Below, in pieces: positions 49,299 to 59,809 of a DNA stretch of 64,000 nucleotides. Numbering within the stretch: the first letter of the stretch is position 1; each line of letters begins with the position of its first letter. A program made the position numbers and the translations under genes. The stretch spans positions 4,094-68,093 of the forward strand of contig CAVFVD010000009.1 of the NCBI GenBank assembly GCA_963625935.1. The letters run 5' to 3'. The notes under the pieces were generated by a model. It saw only the letters and a program-made list of their open reading frames with translations, was not told the origin of the DNA and ran no database searches. This DNA is from an uncultured Oscillospiraceae bacterium. Its GTDB lineage: Bacteria > Bacteroidota > Bacteroidia > Bacteroidales > Bacteroidaceae.

Positions 49299-52166
49299 AT
49301 GAAGTGCCTCCTTTCGCTGCCGCCGCACGTCGTAGCAGCGTTTCACGACATAACGGGACTATCCCGAGACAAATTTTTCTGCACCTCCGACCCGCAAGAC
49401 AAGAAGCTCGGCTCCGGAGGCGGCACGGCGTGGCTGCTCGCCGCCGCGCACGAGGCCGAGGGCGCGGGCAAGACTTTCGCCGAATGGCTTTCCGCCGAAA
49501 AGCGCGTATTGCTGCACGCAGGCGGACAGAGCCGCCGTCTCCCGGCATACGCCCCGAGCGGAAAGATACTGACGCCCATCCCCGTTTTCCGCTGGGCTCG
49601 CGGACAGCGCATAGACCAAAGTCTGCTCGACCTCCAGCTTCCGCTCTACGAAGATATTATGAGCAAGGCTCCGTCCTCGCTCCACACGCTCATAGCAAGC
49701 GGCGACGTGCTGCTGCGAGCCACCGAGCCGCTGCAGGAAATACCCGAGGCGGACGTGGTTTGCTACGGGCTCTGGGCAGCCCCCCAGCAGGCGTCCCACC
49801 ACGGCATGTTCGCCATGAGCCGCCAAAGCCCGGGCAAACTGGACTTCATGCTGCAGAAGCCGTCCACCGAGCAGCAGGCGCAACTCGCCGCCACGCACTA
49901 CCTTCTTATGGACATCGGCGTTTGGCTTCTGTCGGACCGCGCCGTGGAAGTGCTTGCCAAGAAATGCGGGATGGACTTCAGCGCGGCGAAAGGCAAGGCT
50001 GAGATTCCTTCCTACTACGACCTTTACTCCGACTTCGGCTGCGCCCTCGGCTGCAACCCCTCCCGTCCCGACAAGGCGGCGGAGGGACTCACCGTGGCCA
50101 TACTCCCGCTGCCCGGAGGAGAGTTCTACCACTACGGCACAGGCTCGGACATGATTTCCTCAACGACCGCCGTGCAAAACCTCGTAAAGGACCAGCGCTT
50201 CATCATACAGCGAGGGATAAAACCCCAAAGCTCCGTCTTCACGCAAAACTGCACCATAGCCAACCGCCCCGGCCCCGACACGCACGAAGTATGGATAGAG
50301 AACTCGCGCCTTGGCGAGCATTTCCACTACACCAGTCACAATGTCGTCACCGGCGTTCCGCAGAACGACTGGCACGTTACCCTTGCCGACGGCGTCTGTC
50401 TTGACGTTGTGCCGGTCGGGGAGAAAGGCTACGCGCTGCGTCCCTACGGCTTCGACGACGCTTTCCGCGGCGACATCTCCGCCGAAAGCACGCTCTACCT
50501 CGGCAAGCCCGTGAGCCAATGGCTTGGCCTGCGCGGCATAAGTCCGGACGAGCTGGGGCGCACCGACGACCTGCAAGCCGCCGCGCTATTCCCCGTCACG
50601 GAAAGCATAGACGAGCTGGGGCAGCTGCTTACATGGTTTGTCTCCGACTCCCCCGACAAGCGCGTCACAGAGCTTTGGCGCAAGCTTCCGCGCTATTCGG
50701 CAGACGGACTCTCTGCGGTCGCCAACCTCGTGCGACTATTTGCGCAGCGCAAGGAAATAGAGGGCGAGACAATCCCCGCCTTGGCGAAAAACTGGCAAAG
50801 GAGCGTTTTCTACCAGACTAACCTCCAGCGCACGGCGCAAAAGTACTCGGAGGGCGAATGGACGCTCCCCGCGCCGCTGACAGAGGACGCGCCACTGATG
50901 TCCCGCATACACGATGCCATGTTCCGCGCGGAAGTGGCTCGCGCCACCGACAGCGAAGCGGCGGCAAAGCACGAAGCCGAGACTTTCGCCCTCCTGCGCG
51001 ACGGACTGACGCAGGGCGCGGCACGCCGCCCGTGCCACCCGCACGCCACGACCTACGCCGACCAGATTGTCTGGGGACGCAGCTCCGTGCGCATAGACCT
51101 CGCGGGCGGATGGACCGACACCCCGCCCTACTGCCTTACCGCCGGCGGCAACGTGGTCAATCTCGCCATCGAGCTAAACGGACAGCAGCCGCTGCAGGTG
51201 TACGTGAAGCCCTGCAAGGAGCCGGTCGTGATATGCCGCTCGATAGACCTCGGCGCGACAGAGCGCATAGAGACTTTTGACGAGCTGCGGCAGTACAACA
51301 AAGTGGGCTCGCCTTTCTCCATCCCCAAAGCGGCCCTCACGCTCGCAGGCTTCCTTCCGGAGTTCTGCACAGAGCGTTACGCCTCGCTGAAAGAGCAGCT
51401 CGAGGCTTTCGGGAGCGGCATCGAAATCACGCTCCTTGCCGCCATCCCGGCAGGGTCCGGCCTGGGCACGAGCAGCATACTCGCCGCCACGGTGCTTGGC
51501 GCAGTCAGCGACTTCTGCGGGCTGGGCTGGGACAAGAGCGAGGTTTGCAACCGCACGCTTGTGCTTGAACAGCTGCTCACCACCGGCGGGGGCTGGCAAG
51601 ACCAATACGGCGGCGTGCTGCACGGACTGAAACTCCTGCAAAGCGGCACGGGCTTCGACCAGAGCGCGTCGGCTCGCTGGCTGCCCGACACGCTTTTCAC
51701 CGCCCCCGACACCGCGCCCTGCCACCTGCTCTACTATACCGGCGTGACACGCACAGCAAAGAACATACTCGCGGAGATAGTGCGCGGCATGTTTCTCAAC
51801 AACTCGCGCCACCTGCGCCTGCTTGACGGGATGAAACAACACGCGCTCTCGCTCTTCGACACCATACAGACGGGCGACCTCGCCGCTTTCGGCCGCAAGG
51901 TGCGCGAGACTTGGGAGCAGAACAAAGCGCTTGACAGCGGCACCAACCCTCCCGTAATCGACGCGCTCTGCCAGCGCATCGACGACCTCTGTCTCGGCTA
52001 CAAGCTGCCCGGCGCGGGCGGCGGCGGCTTTATGTACATGGTGGCGAAAGACCCCGAAGCCGCAGCACGCATACGCAAGACACTGACGGAGAACCCGCTC
52101 ACGCCCAACTCGCGCTTCGTGGAAATGAGCGTTTCCCGCACGGGACTGCAAATCAGCCGCAGCTGA
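49299..52166 (+). CDS. fkp: Bifunctional L-fucokinase / fucose-1-phosphate guanylyltransferase
   Basis: 955 aa; C-terminal GHMP kinase motif PAGSGLGTSSILAATVLGAV; size and layout match Bacteroides Fkp. Confidence 0.85.
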   Translation: MKCLLSLPPHVVAAFHDITGLSRDKFFCTSDPQDKKLGSGGGTAWLLAAAHEAEGAGKTFAEWLSAEKRVLLHAGGQSRRLPAYAPSGKILTPIPVFRWARGQRIDQSLLDLQLPLYEDIMSKAPSSLHTLIASGDVLLRATEPLQEIPEADVVCYGLWAAPQQASHHGMFAMSRQSPGKLDFMLQKPSTEQQAQLAATHYLLMDIGVWLLSDRAVEVLAKKCGMDFSAAKGKAEIPSYYDLYSDFGCALGCNPSRPDKAAEGLTVAILPLPGGEFYHYGTGSDMISSTTAVQNLVKDQRFIIQRGIKPQSSVFTQNCTIANRPGPDTHEVWIENSRLGEHFHYTSHNVVTGVPQNDWHVTLADGVCLDVVPVGEKGYALRPYGFDDAFRGDISAESTLYLGKPVSQWLGLRGISPDELGRTDDLQAAALFPVTESIDELGQLLTWFVSDSPDKRVTELWRKLPRYSADGLSAVANLVRLFAQRKEIEGETIPALAKNWQRSVFYQTNLQRTAQKYSEGEWTLPAPLTEDAPLMSRIHDAMFRAEVARATDSEAAAKHEAETFALLRDGLTQGAARRPCHPHATTYADQIVWGRSSVRIDLAGGWTDTPPYCLTAGGNVVNLAIELNGQQPLQVYVKPCKEPVVICRSIDLGATERIETFDELRQYNKVGSPFSIPKAALTLAGFLPEFCTERYASLKEQLEAFGSGIEITLLAAIPAGSGLGTSSILAATVLGAVSDFCGLGWDKSEVCNRTLVLEQLLTTGGGWQDQYGGVLHGLKLLQSGTGFDQSASARWLPDTLFTAPDTAPCHLLYYTGVTRTAKNILAEIVRGMFLNNSRHLRLLDGMKQHALSLFDTIQTGDLAAFGRKVRETWEQNKALDSGTNPPVIDALCQRIDDLCLGYKLPGAGGGGFMYMVAKDPEAAARIRKTLTENPLTPNSRFVEMSVSRTGLQISRS

Positions 52167-52217
52167 GACGAGCCGGAGCGCGTTTCCGGCAGAAGAAAGA
52201 CTTTTCCAAAAACGGCA

Positions 52218-53831
52218 ATGAACAAGACTCTAAGACACCTCGCCGCGCCCGCACTTGCGGCGCTCGCTTTGTGCGCCGCTCCGCTTACGGTGTCGGCGCA
52301 GACCGAGGTGGCGATTTTCTCCATAAACGATTTCCACGGCTCCTTTGTGCGCAATGACGAGAAAGGGATAGTAGGCGCGCCCGCCATTTGGCAGACCCTC
52401 GACTCGCTGAAAGCCGTCTATCCGCACAACATCACCGTCTCCGCCGGCGACAACTTCGGCGGCAGCTACTTCTACAACGCCACGCACGGCACGCTTCTCC
52501 CTGTCTTCTTCAATGACCTCGGCATACGCCTCTCCGCCGTAGGCAACCACGAGTTTGACGACGGGCAGGACGCGCTCGCGAAAAAGTGGAACGGCACGCC
52601 CGGACGCCCTGCCGACTGGGACATCACCTATGTGTGCGCCAACACGCGCTATGCGAAAAGCGGCGAAGTGCCTCCCTATTTCGAGCCGTACGTAACTGTG
52701 CCGGTCGAACTTCCGAACGGCAAGGCCCTCACCGTAGGCTTCGCCGGACTGCTCACCTCCGCCACCCCGCTGCAAGCCAGCGCGCGCCGCCTCGTAGGGC
52801 TTTCGTTTGACGGAAGATACAACGCCGTGCTCGACTCCGTGCTGAGTTTGCCCCAAGCCGCCCCTTTGCGTGACGCCGATGTCAAGTTATTGCTCACGCA
52901 CATAGGCACGAAGACCGGCGCAGACGGCAAGCCATTGTGGTTTGACCGCGACAGCGCCGAGCTTGAAAAGATTGACACCGCTACGTGGAAAGGCTTTATA
53001 TCCTCACACACCCACGAAAGAGTGTGCGGGCTTATCAACGGCGGCACGCTCCCCGTGGTGCAGGGACGCTGGCACGGAGACTTCATAAGCTACCTTGTTT
53101 GCACCGTGGACACCGCCACTATGCGCGTCACGTCCGTAACTCCCCACTCGCAGCGCGTCACGCCCAAGGCGCACCTCGCCGCAGGCCCGGCAAAGCTGCA
53201 AGAGCAGATAGACTCGCTTCTGCGCAACACACGCACGGCGGGCGGCACACCCATCGGCGAGCAGCTTGCCGTCGCCACGCACACCCTGCGACATGACCGC
53301 AGCGAGAAGTTTTGCCAGACGGAACTCGGCGCGCTTGTGTGCAAAGCATACGCCGAGGCTTTCCGCGCCGCCGCGAAGAAGAGCGACAAGGAAGCCATCG
53401 TGGGATGCAGCCACTTCGGCAGCATACGCGCGGGACTTATAAAAGGAAAAGTCAGCGTGCTTGACGTGGGCGAAGCTCTGCCTTTCTCCAACCGTCTCAA
53501 CGTTTACCGCGTCACGGCAAAGCATTTGAAAGGCTTGGTAGACTTCGGTCTGCACAACACTCAGTACGGCTGGATTCAGACGGGAAACCTTGAAATCTCC
53601 AGCGACAAAGACGGCAACGTGACGCAGCTTGTCTACGTCAGTCCGCAAGGTAAGAAACGCACGCTCAAAGACACAGACACGTGCTACATCGTCGCGGACG
53701 AATTTATGACCAACGGCGGCGACGGCTACGACAAGGCGTACTTCCCGCAGGAAAACGCGGTGCAGGCGGACGGGGTGCCTGCCACGACGGACGCGTTTAT
53801 TGATTATCTGAAAAAGCTGAAGCAAATTTGA
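52218..53831 (+). CDS. Secreted 5'-nucleotidase / metallophosphoesterase (UshA-like)
   Basis: INDFHGS...SAGDNFGGS...GNHEFD motifs with a signal peptide. Confidence 0.8.
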   Translation: MNKTLRHLAAPALAALALCAAPLTVSAQTEVAIFSINDFHGSFVRNDEKGIVGAPAIWQTLDSLKAVYPHNITVSAGDNFGGSYFYNATHGTLLPVFFNDLGIRLSAVGNHEFDDGQDALAKKWNGTPGRPADWDITYVCANTRYAKSGEVPPYFEPYVTVPVELPNGKALTVGFAGLLTSATPLQASARRLVGLSFDGRYNAVLDSVLSLPQAAPLRDADVKLLLTHIGTKTGADGKPLWFDRDSAELEKIDTATWKGFISSHTHERVCGLINGGTLPVVQGRWHGDFISYLVCTVDTATMRVTSVTPHSQRVTPKAHLAAGPAKLQEQIDSLLRNTRTAGGTPIGEQLAVATHTLRHDRSEKFCQTELGALVCKAYAEAFRAAAKKSDKEAIVGCSHFGSIRAGLIKGKVSVLDVGEALPFSNRLNVYRVTAKHLKGLVDFGLHNTQYGWIQTGNLEISSDKDGNVTQLVYVSPQGKKRTLKDTDTCYIVADEFMTNGGDGYDKAYFPQENAVQADGVPATTDAFIDYLKKLKQI

Positions 53832-53877
53832 GACGCGCCCTGACACCCGCATCTGAAATACCAATTCACACACTGCC

Positions 53878-55014
53878 ATGTCCCTTTTCAGCCTGCCTCC
53901 CGCCTCTCCGCAAGCCGACCTCAACCTTTCTCTTTTTCTCGGCGGCAACGGCGGCGGCTCTTCCCATACGCTTGCCCGCACGCTCGCGGCGGAGTGGTTT
54001 CCGCAAAGCGGGGTGCAAATAGCCTGGCCGCACGCCAGCACCGACTGGGCGTACATGCTCGGCGAAATCACAGAGTGCTACCTGCGCCTGACCTACGAGA
54101 TAGCCACGCGCGAGCCGCTGCTTGTCGTCACGCCGCAGGCCGACGCGCTGCGCAAACTGTTTGAGGAAAAACTCCCCGCCCGCGCCACGGACCACATCAC
54201 GATACACGAATGCCCAACCAACGACACGTGGACGCGCGACTACGGACTGCTCTCCGTCACAGGCAGCGAGGGGACAAAACTCCTTGACTTCCGCTTCAAC
54301 GGATGGGGCGGAAAGTTTGAGGCCGGGCTCGACAACGCCGTAAGCCGCCGTCTCACGCAAGGCGAAACGCCCGTGCTGCGCGGAAAATACGTCGACTGCA
54401 ACGACTTTGAGCTTGAGGGCGGAAGCATAGAGACCGACGGGCAAGGCACATTGCTCACCACGGCGCAGTGCTTGCTCAACCCCAACCGCAACCCGCAGCT
54501 CGACCGCGCCGCCAAAGAGGCTCTTCTCTGCGAACGCCTCGGTGTGAAGCGCGTGCTGTGGCTCGAGCACGGCGCGCTGGCAGGCGACGACACCGACTCG
54601 CACATCGACACCCTCGCGCGCCTTTGCCCGCAAGACTCCATCGCATACACGCGCTGCGAAGACAAGCTGGACGAACACTATGACGGACTTCTCGCTATGG
54701 AGCAGCAACTGCGCTCATTCCGCACGGCGAAAGGCGAACCCTACCGCCTGCTTGCCCTGCCGCTTCCCGCCGCCATACACGACGAAAACGGCGAGCGGCT
54801 TCCCGCCACTTACGCCAACTATCTCGTGCTTAACGGCGCAGTGCTTTACCCCACCTACGCGCAGCCCGAAAACGACGCGACCGCCGCACGCGTCTTGCGC
54901 CAAGCCTTCCCCGACCGCGACATCGTGGGCGTGGACTGCCGCGCCCTCATACGCCAGCACGGCTCCCTGCACTGCGCAACCATGCAATACCCGCGCGGCG
55001 TGCTTTCTTTGTAA
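53878..55014 (+). CDS. aguA: Agmatine deiminase
   Basis: WTRDYG, DSHIDTLARL and GSLHCATMQ motifs, followed by the amidase gene. Confidence 0.8.
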   Translation: MSLFSLPPASPQADLNLSLFLGGNGGGSSHTLARTLAAEWFPQSGVQIAWPHASTDWAYMLGEITECYLRLTYEIATREPLLVVTPQADALRKLFEEKLPARATDHITIHECPTNDTWTRDYGLLSVTGSEGTKLLDFRFNGWGGKFEAGLDNAVSRRLTQGETPVLRGKYVDCNDFELEGGSIETDGQGTLLTTAQCLLNPNRNPQLDRAAKEALLCERLGVKRVLWLEHGALAGDDTDSHIDTLARLCPQDSIAYTRCEDKLDEHYDGLLAMEQQLRSFRTAKGEPYRLLALPLPAAIHDENGERLPATYANYLVLNGAVLYPTYAQPENDATAARVLRQAFPDRDIVGVDCRALIRQHGSLHCATMQYPRGVLSL

Positions 55015-55070
55015 AACAACTGCAAGGGATTTTTTCGCAAGAAAGAGACACACTTAGCCGAAGACACAAC

Positions 55071-55967
55071 ATGACCGAAAATAAAAGCACCCTGCGCGTG
55101 GCGCTCATACAACAGACCTGCTGCGCGGACACGGAGGAAAACAAGCGCAAGCTTGCCCACAACATCGCCGAAGCGGCGAAAGGCGGCGCAAAGCTTGTCG
55201 TCTTGCAGGAACTGCACAACTCGCTCTATTTCTGCCAGACGGAGGACACACGCAACTTTGACCTCGCCGAACCCATCCCCGGCCCTTCCACAGACTTCTT
55301 CGGCACGCTTGCCAAGACCTTCGGCATTGTGCTCGTCACGTCCCTCTTCGAGCGGCGAGCGGCGGGCCTCTACCACAACACGGCCGTAGTGTTTGAGTCT
55401 GACGGCAGCATTGCGGGCAAATACCGCAAAATGCACATCCCCGATGACCCTGCCTATTACGAGAAATTCTATTTCACCCCGGGCGACCTCGGCTTCCACC
55501 CCATCGACACCTCTGTGGGGCGGCTCGGCGTGCAGGTGTGCTGGGACCAGTGGTATCCCGAAGGAGCGCGACTGATGGCTCTGCAAGGCGCGGAAATGCT
55601 CATCTACCCCACGGCGATAGGCTACGAAAGCAGCGACACGCCCGAAGAGCAGGAGCGGCAGCGTGAGGCTTGGACGACGGTGCAGCGCGGCCACGCCGTG
55701 GCAAACGGCCTGCCGGTAATAGCCGCAAACCGCACGGGACACGAAGACGACCCGTCGGGACAGACAAACGGCATAGACTTCTGGGGCTCGAGCTTCGTGT
55801 GCGGCCCGCAGGGCGAAATGCTCGCACGCGCCGCGAAGGACAAGGAGGAAATACTCTTCGCCGACATCGACCTGCGCCGCTGCGAAAACGTCCGCCGCTG
55901 GTGGCCCTTCCTGCGCGACCGGCGCATCGAGGAGTTCGGCCCGCTCACGCGGCGCTTTATTGACTGA
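55071..55967 (+). CDS. aguB: N-carbamoylputrescine amidase (CN-hydrolase family)
   Basis: VVLQELH, YRKMHIPD and VCWDQWYPE motifs. Confidence 0.85.
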   Translation: MTENKSTLRVALIQQTCCADTEENKRKLAHNIAEAAKGGAKLVVLQELHNSLYFCQTEDTRNFDLAEPIPGPSTDFFGTLAKTFGIVLVTSLFERRAAGLYHNTAVVFESDGSIAGKYRKMHIPDDPAYYEKFYFTPGDLGFHPIDTSVGRLGVQVCWDQWYPEGARLMALQGAEMLIYPTAIGYESSDTPEEQERQREAWTTVQRGHAVANGLPVIAANRTGHEDDPSGQTNGIDFWGSSFVCGPQGEMLARAAKDKEEILFADIDLRRCENVRRWWPFLRDRRIEEFGPLTRRFID

Positions 55968-56043
55968 CCGCACGTCTTGTAAGAACACAAGAAAACACAC
56001 AGACCCCACACCTCCAAAGCAGCAATTACGCCGCCGCAGAAGC

Positions 56044-56417
56044 CCGAAAAGTGTTCTATTTTTCCCTTTTCGCTTTGGTAATTAGTGTTAATGGCGATTT
56101 GGAAAACGGGGAAAAATGTATTATCTTTGTGTATCGGAAAGCGGGGATGCGCATACAGTGCGTAGCCCCGCTTTCCTATTATTGACTATCAGCAAGTTAC
56201 GCAGTTCCTATATGTACATGTAGCGCCGCCGGGATGTACATGTAGGAGAAATTCCAAGTATTCCCGTCGCTACAGGGCCTATTTCCGTCGCAAGAAGATG
56301 CCTTTCAGTGCCTCATCGCCCCCTTTCACAGCCCACGTGCCCTATGTCTGTTAGTTAAACTTACATAAAAATGCACTCGGGGAACGGCTCACAGAAGTGT
56401 TCTATTTTTCCTCTTTC
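56044..56417 (+). repeat. 374-bp repeat element, copy B, inverted relative to copy A (promoter 56098-56129 firing rightward)
   Basis: The reverse complement aligns end to end with 45461-45834. Confidence 0.85.
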
Positions 56418-56574
56418 ACGACTCAATATTGCAGCGGTGAGAAACTCATTTTCCGCCGTATAAAAAGTGCTGCTTTTGCGGCGGGGAAACATTGCAGAAA
56501 TGCGTCAAAAGACGATTGAGCGGACGGAAGACCAATGCTGTTCTTCCCTGCGCCGACCTTCGTCCGGCGGCGCG

Positions 56575-57567
56575 TCACCGCCTTTTCAGCAAGATATAGA
56601 AAACCACCGGCACGCCTAAGAGCGGGGTTACGGCGGAAAGGGGCAGCAGTCCGCGCGTGCCGGGCAAGTGGGTCAAGACGAGGGAAAGCAGTGCCACGTC
56701 CGCGCCCCACACGCAAGTGGCGGGAAGCAGGCGGCGGTGCACCGCCGTGCGCGAGAAAAGGCGTGCGATGTGCGGCACTGCAAGTCCGACAAACGAGATA
56801 GGCCCGCAAAGCGCCGTCACCGAAGCCGTAAGCAGGCCCGTGAGCAAAAGCAAGAGCGTGCGCTCGCGCCGCACACGCACGCCAAGGTTTGCGGCATAGT
56901 CGTCGCCAAGTAGCAGGGCGTCGAGCAAATGCGGGCGAGACAGGACGGCGAGCGTGGGAAGAAGCGCCAGCGCGGCGTAGAGCGGGAGAAGCCTCATCCC
57001 CACGCCAGAGAAATCGCCCATACCCCACAAGAGATAGGAATGCAGTCCGTCCTCAGTGGCAAGGAAGCTCATCAGCGAAATGACCGCCGAGAGCGCGAAA
57101 CCTATCATCACTCCGGCTATAAGAAGGGCGAGATTTCCACGCAACAAGGCGCTACAAGCCAGCAGCAAAGCTATCACGCCCAACGCACCCGCAAAGGCCG
57201 CCACTACAGTCAGTAGCACGCCGCCCCAGCTCGCCAAGCCCACCGCCGCCGCGCCCGCGCCGCCGCACAGCAAAGCCACGGCGGCTCCGAAAGACGCGCC
57301 GCTGCTCACGCCAAGCAGGGAGGGGTCGGCCAGAGGGTTAGCAAAAAGGCTCTGCATCACAAGTCCCGACACGGCCAAAGCCATGCCCGACAGCACAGCC
57401 GTAAGTGCCTGCGGCAGACGAGCCTCCCACACGATGAAACGCGCCGTCTCGCCAGCCCTTTCGGGCGCAAACAGCGCGTCGCACACCTCCGCCGGCTCTA
57501 TCCACACGCTGCCCACAAGCAGAGCTGTGGGGAAAAGCAGGAGAAAGAGCAGGACGGAGGTCTTCAT
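56575..57567 (-). CDS. FecCD/BtuC-family ABC importer permease
   Basis: Typical FecCD sequence (LSGMALAVSGLVMQSLFANPLADPSLLGVSSGASFG). Confidence 0.85.
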   Translation of the reverse strand: MKTSVLLFLLLFPTALLVGSVWIEPAEVCDALFAPERAGETARFIVWEARLPQALTAVLSGMALAVSGLVMQSLFANPLADPSLLGVSSGASFGAAVALLCGGAGAAAVGLASWGGVLLTVVAAFAGALGVIALLLACSALLRGNLALLIAGVMIGFALSAVISLMSFLATEDGLHSYLLWGMGDFSGVGMRLLPLYAALALLPTLAVLSRPHLLDALLLGDDYAANLGVRVRRERTLLLLLTGLLTASVTALCGPISFVGLAVPHIARLFSRTAVHRRLLPATCVWGADVALLSLVLTHLPGTRGLLPLSAVTPLLGVPVVFYILLKRR

Positions 57568-57614
57568 AAGCAGGATTCTGGGGACGGGGACGGATTTTCC
57601 ACAAAGCGGAAAAC

Positions 57615-58730
57615 TTAGCCAAGCAGTTTGCGACTAAGCTCCAACGCCGCAAGCACCGTGTCGTCCATATCGGCATAGGTGTAGCAGGCAAGGCGTCCGC
57701 CAAACGACACGCGCTCTTCTTTGTCGGCCAAAGACTTATATTGTGCGTAAATGCGCGAATTTCGCTCGTCGTTTACCGGATAGTACGGCTCTTTTCCGGG
57801 AGCGAAGCTGTCGGGATGCTCGTACGTGACGACCGTGCAGGGAATGTCGGCGGGCGGCGTGTCAAGGTCGAAGTGCTTGTGCTCTATGACCCTCGTGTAA
57901 GGCACTTCGCGCTCCGTGTAGTTGATTACCGCGTTGCCTTGGAAATCGGCCAAGGGAAGCTCTTCCGTCTCAAAGCGCAGGCTGCGGTAGTCCAGTCTCC
58001 CCTCGCAGTAGCCGTAATACTCGTCAATGCAACCCGTGAAGACCACATGCTCGGCAAGAGACTCGAGCTCGGCGCGGCGGTCGAAGAAATTCACGCCCGT
58101 ACGCACCTCAATCCCGTCAAGGAGCGCGTCCGTCAGCTTGTTATATCCGCCCACAGGCACACCTTGGAAGCGGTCGTTGAAATAGTTGTTGTCGAAAGTG
58201 AGCCGCAGGGGTACTCGCTTTATGATGAACGGCGGGAGCTCGGTGGCGGCACAGCCCCACTGTTTCTCGGTATAGCCTTTTATGAGGGTCTCATAGATGT
58301 CGCGCCCGCATAGTTTGAGCGCCTGCTCTTCAAGGTTTGTGGGCGTGATACACGCATACTCGCCGCGCTGCTCTTCGAGCTTTTTCAGGGCCTCAGCGGG
58401 AGTGCGCACGCCCCAAAGCTCGTAGAAGGTCGTGAGATTGAAGGGCAAGTGGTAGAGCCGCCCCCGGTAGGAAGCAAGCGGGGAGTTGGTGAAACGGTTG
58501 AACTCTGCGAGGGCGTTGACATAGTCCCACACCTCGCGGTTTGACGTGTGGAAGATGTGCGCGCCGTACTGGTGGACGGCTATCCCCTTGACATCCTCGC
58601 AATGGATATTCCCTCCCGTGTGGGGGCGTTTCTCTATGACGAGGCAGCACTTTCCCGACTTCTTTGCCTCGTGGGCGAAGACCGCGCCAAACAGCCCCGC
58701 GCCTACTATAAGATAATCGTATTGTGCCAT
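57615..58730 (-). CDS. glf: UDP-galactopyranose mutase
   Basis: YDYLIVGAGLFGAVFAHEA...HQYGAHIFHT. Confidence 0.92.
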   Translation of the reverse strand: MAQYDYLIVGAGLFGAVFAHEAKKSGKCCLVIEKRPHTGGNIHCEDVKGIAVHQYGAHIFHTSNREVWDYVNALAEFNRFTNSPLASYRGRLYHLPFNLTTFYELWGVRTPAEALKKLEEQRGEYACITPTNLEEQALKLCGRDIYETLIKGYTEKQWGCAATELPPFIIKRVPLRLTFDNNYFNDRFQGVPVGGYNKLTDALLDGIEVRTGVNFFDRRAELESLAEHVVFTGCIDEYYGYCEGRLDYRSLRFETEELPLADFQGNAVINYTEREVPYTRVIEHKHFDLDTPPADIPCTVVTYEHPDSFAPGKEPYYPVNDERNSRIYAQYKSLADKEERVSFGGRLACYTYADMDDTVLAALELSRKLLG

Positions 58731-58858
58731 AATCGTTGATTGTTTTACCTATTACCGAAGTGCTTGCCCTGTCCTGCTTTTCTCAAGCCGTGGGATATGT
58801 ATGGAGCTCCGTGGGAAGGGCATGAAGCTCCACGTACAACGCCGTGCGCGGCGAGTGT

Positions 58859-59809
58859 CTAACTGATGTGCCCAAGACGCTCGCTCACTCCGTCAAGATA
58901 CGCCCGCCAAAGTTTCGCCACATCGCCCAACTGCCACGCCTTAGAGAAAGGGAAGGTGACGAGAGCCGGGACTATGTAGCCCAAGACGCAGAGCAAGCCG
59001 CGCCCGTAGCGCACAAAGACGTTACGCCCGTAATGGTGGTTGAGATACGTAGAGTTGCGCACCTGGTAAAAACGCTTCCACTTCTTCTTGCGGTTGCGCT
59101 CCGCCCATGTGTCGTCGCTGAAAAATTTTTCTTTGTCCATCAGCGCCGCCGGCACTGACAACAGACGGTAGCCTGCCTGCCCGAGCCGTATGCAGTAGTC
59201 GGTATCGTCGCAGAAGATGAAAAGGTCGCGGTTGGGGAGTCCCGCTTTCCTCACCGCCTCCGCGCGGATGAGCGGGCCTTCAAACGCCGTGCCGGCGATG
59301 GGGGTCGGCTCTGACGGCAGCGCCGCAAGTTTGGCGAGCTTGCCCGTATAGAGCGAGCGGAAAGGGTGAGTGAAGTCGTAGCCCGTGAAATCGTTGGTGA
59401 AGACCTGCCCCGCCATCAAGCGGCGCGGGGCAATAAGACCGACGCGCTCGTCCGACGTGTAGGGCAGCATCTGTTGCAGACAGTCGGCGCGGGGAAAGAC
59501 ATCGTCGTCCATGCACCAAACCCAGTCCGCACCGGCCTTGACCGCCTCGCCAATGCCCCTATGAAAGCCGCCCGAGCCGCCGACATTCTCCTGACGGACT
59601 ACACACAGCCGCTCGTCGCGCTCGCTTTCGAGCCATTCTGCCGTGCCGTCCGTGCTGCCGTTGTCCACGGCAATGATGCGGCTAACCGGCGCGTTGGCAC
59701 GCAGGCAAGCAATGTTGCGCCGCAAGAGCGGGAGGCGGTTGTAGGTGACAACCACTGCAATGACAATAAGTCCGTTTTCCATATCCACTGTGTCAGAATT
59801 CGCCCTCAA
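58859..59809 (-). CDS. Family-2 glycosyltransferase (likely galactofuranosyl or rhamnosyl type)
   Basis: VVVTYNR...DNGSTDGT...DDDVFP. Confidence 0.75.
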   Translation of the reverse strand: MRANSDTVDMENGLIVIAVVVTYNRLPLLRRNIACLRANAPVSRIIAVDNGSTDGTAEWLESERDERLCVVRQENVGGSGGFHRGIGEAVKAGADWVWCMDDDVFPRADCLQQMLPYTSDERVGLIAPRRLMAGQVFTNDFTGYDFTHPFRSLYTGKLAKLAALPSEPTPIAGTAFEGPLIRAEAVRKAGLPNRDLFIFCDDTDYCIRLGQAGYRLLSVPAALMDKEKFFSDDTWAERNRKKKWKRFYQVRNSTYLNHHYGRNVFVRYGRGLLCVLGYIVPALVTFPFSKAWQLGDVAKLWRAYLDGVSERLGHIS

